Shown in pieces: positions 24,383-24,831 of a stretch of 24,831 nt of DNA; positions within the stretch are counted from its first letter, which is position 1; every line of letters starts with the position of its first letter. This DNA is from Candidatus Eiseniibacteriota bacterium (GTDB lineage Bacteria > Eisenbacteria > RBG-16-71-46). The notes below the pieces were generated by a model. It ran no database searches. It saw nothing but the letters and a program-made list of their open reading frames with translations, and had not been told where the DNA came from. The stretch is from assembly GCA_044222065.1 (NCBI GenBank), contig JBGAOA010000063.1, positions 1 through 24,831 on the forward strand, in the 5' to 3' direction. The position numbers and the translations under genes were made by a program.

Positions 24383-24831
24383 GCGGAAGGCGACCCGACA
24401 GTCCACACGTTCACGGGGCGAATCAGCGATCCACGCGTTCATGCGGCGCAGCGGAAAGCGAGTCGGAAGTCCACGCGTTCACGAGGCGCAGCGGAAGGCG
24501 AGTCGGAAGTCCCTCTCGGGCGCCACGCGAACTCCCGCGATCAGTTACACGCGGAAGGCGAGTCGGAAGTCCCCCTCGGGCCCGCTCGCCTCCGCATCCT
24601 GCTCCGGCTCGCTACTCGGCTCCTGTCTCCGCCACTCCATGGCTCCGACACTCGCCGACGTGCCCGAGGGGGACTTCCGACTCGCCTTCCGCTGCGCCTC
24701 GTGAATGCGTGGACTTCCGACTCGCCTTCCGCGTGTAACTGATCGCGGGAGTTCGCGTGGCGCCCGAGAGGGACTTCCGACTCGCCTTCCGCTGCGCCTC
24801 GTGAACGCGTGGACTTCCGACTCGCTTTCCG
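24383..24831. repeat. Nested inverted-repeat array of the 22-bp unit GCGGAAGGCGAGTCGGAAGTCC (REP/BIME- or MITE-like), running to the window end
   Basis: Forward units at 24383 (degenerate), 24451, 24491 and 24551; inverted units at 24671, 24711, 24771 and 24811. 24452-24572 is the reverse complement of 24711-24831. Confidence 0.92.

Noticed and set aside
24441..24704. 87-aa ORF within the terminal repeats
   Set aside because: It is a translation of the repeat units (RKASRKS), with atypical codon usage and no SD.
24383..24831. CRISPR array or Tn7-type end with 22-bp TnsB sites
   Set aside because: Linkers are reused rather than unique and the orientation flips mid-array. No cas or tns genes are present, and no TGT...ACA termini are visible.

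Overview
This is a very GC-rich bacterial chromosomal segment, possibly a whole metagenomic contig; the taxon cannot be fixed from sequence alone. It is mostly housekeeping and stress genes: partial queG, a GH53 galactanase split by a 70-bp tandem duplication, moaD-GNAT-moaE, a CPBP protease, a DUF1801-like protein, a chemoreceptor, an MBL hydrolase, tryptophanase tnaA, sod-bcp plus a Lon-N protein, two TPR proteins, an AhpD-like protein, a LigB-like/GT4/creatininase/DinB run, ispH, two paralogous GNATs (the second frameshifted), a crotonase and arsR-arsM. The window ends in a nested inverted-repeat array built from a 22-bp unit. The most interesting signals are non-coding. (1) An apparently self-contained minus-strand unit at ~22883-22410 has a near-consensus sigma54 promoter, upstream palindromes, a tandem 46-nt structured motif, many GGA(N)G motifs, a small ORF ending RGPPA whose SD can be sequestered, and an intrinsic terminator. 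(2) A ~187-nt three-way-junction RNA candidate with its own sigma70-like promoter lies divergent from tnaA. (3) A shared sigma28-like motif links the chemoreceptor to an uncharacterised TPR protein. All promoter and RNA calls were made by eye and are unverified.
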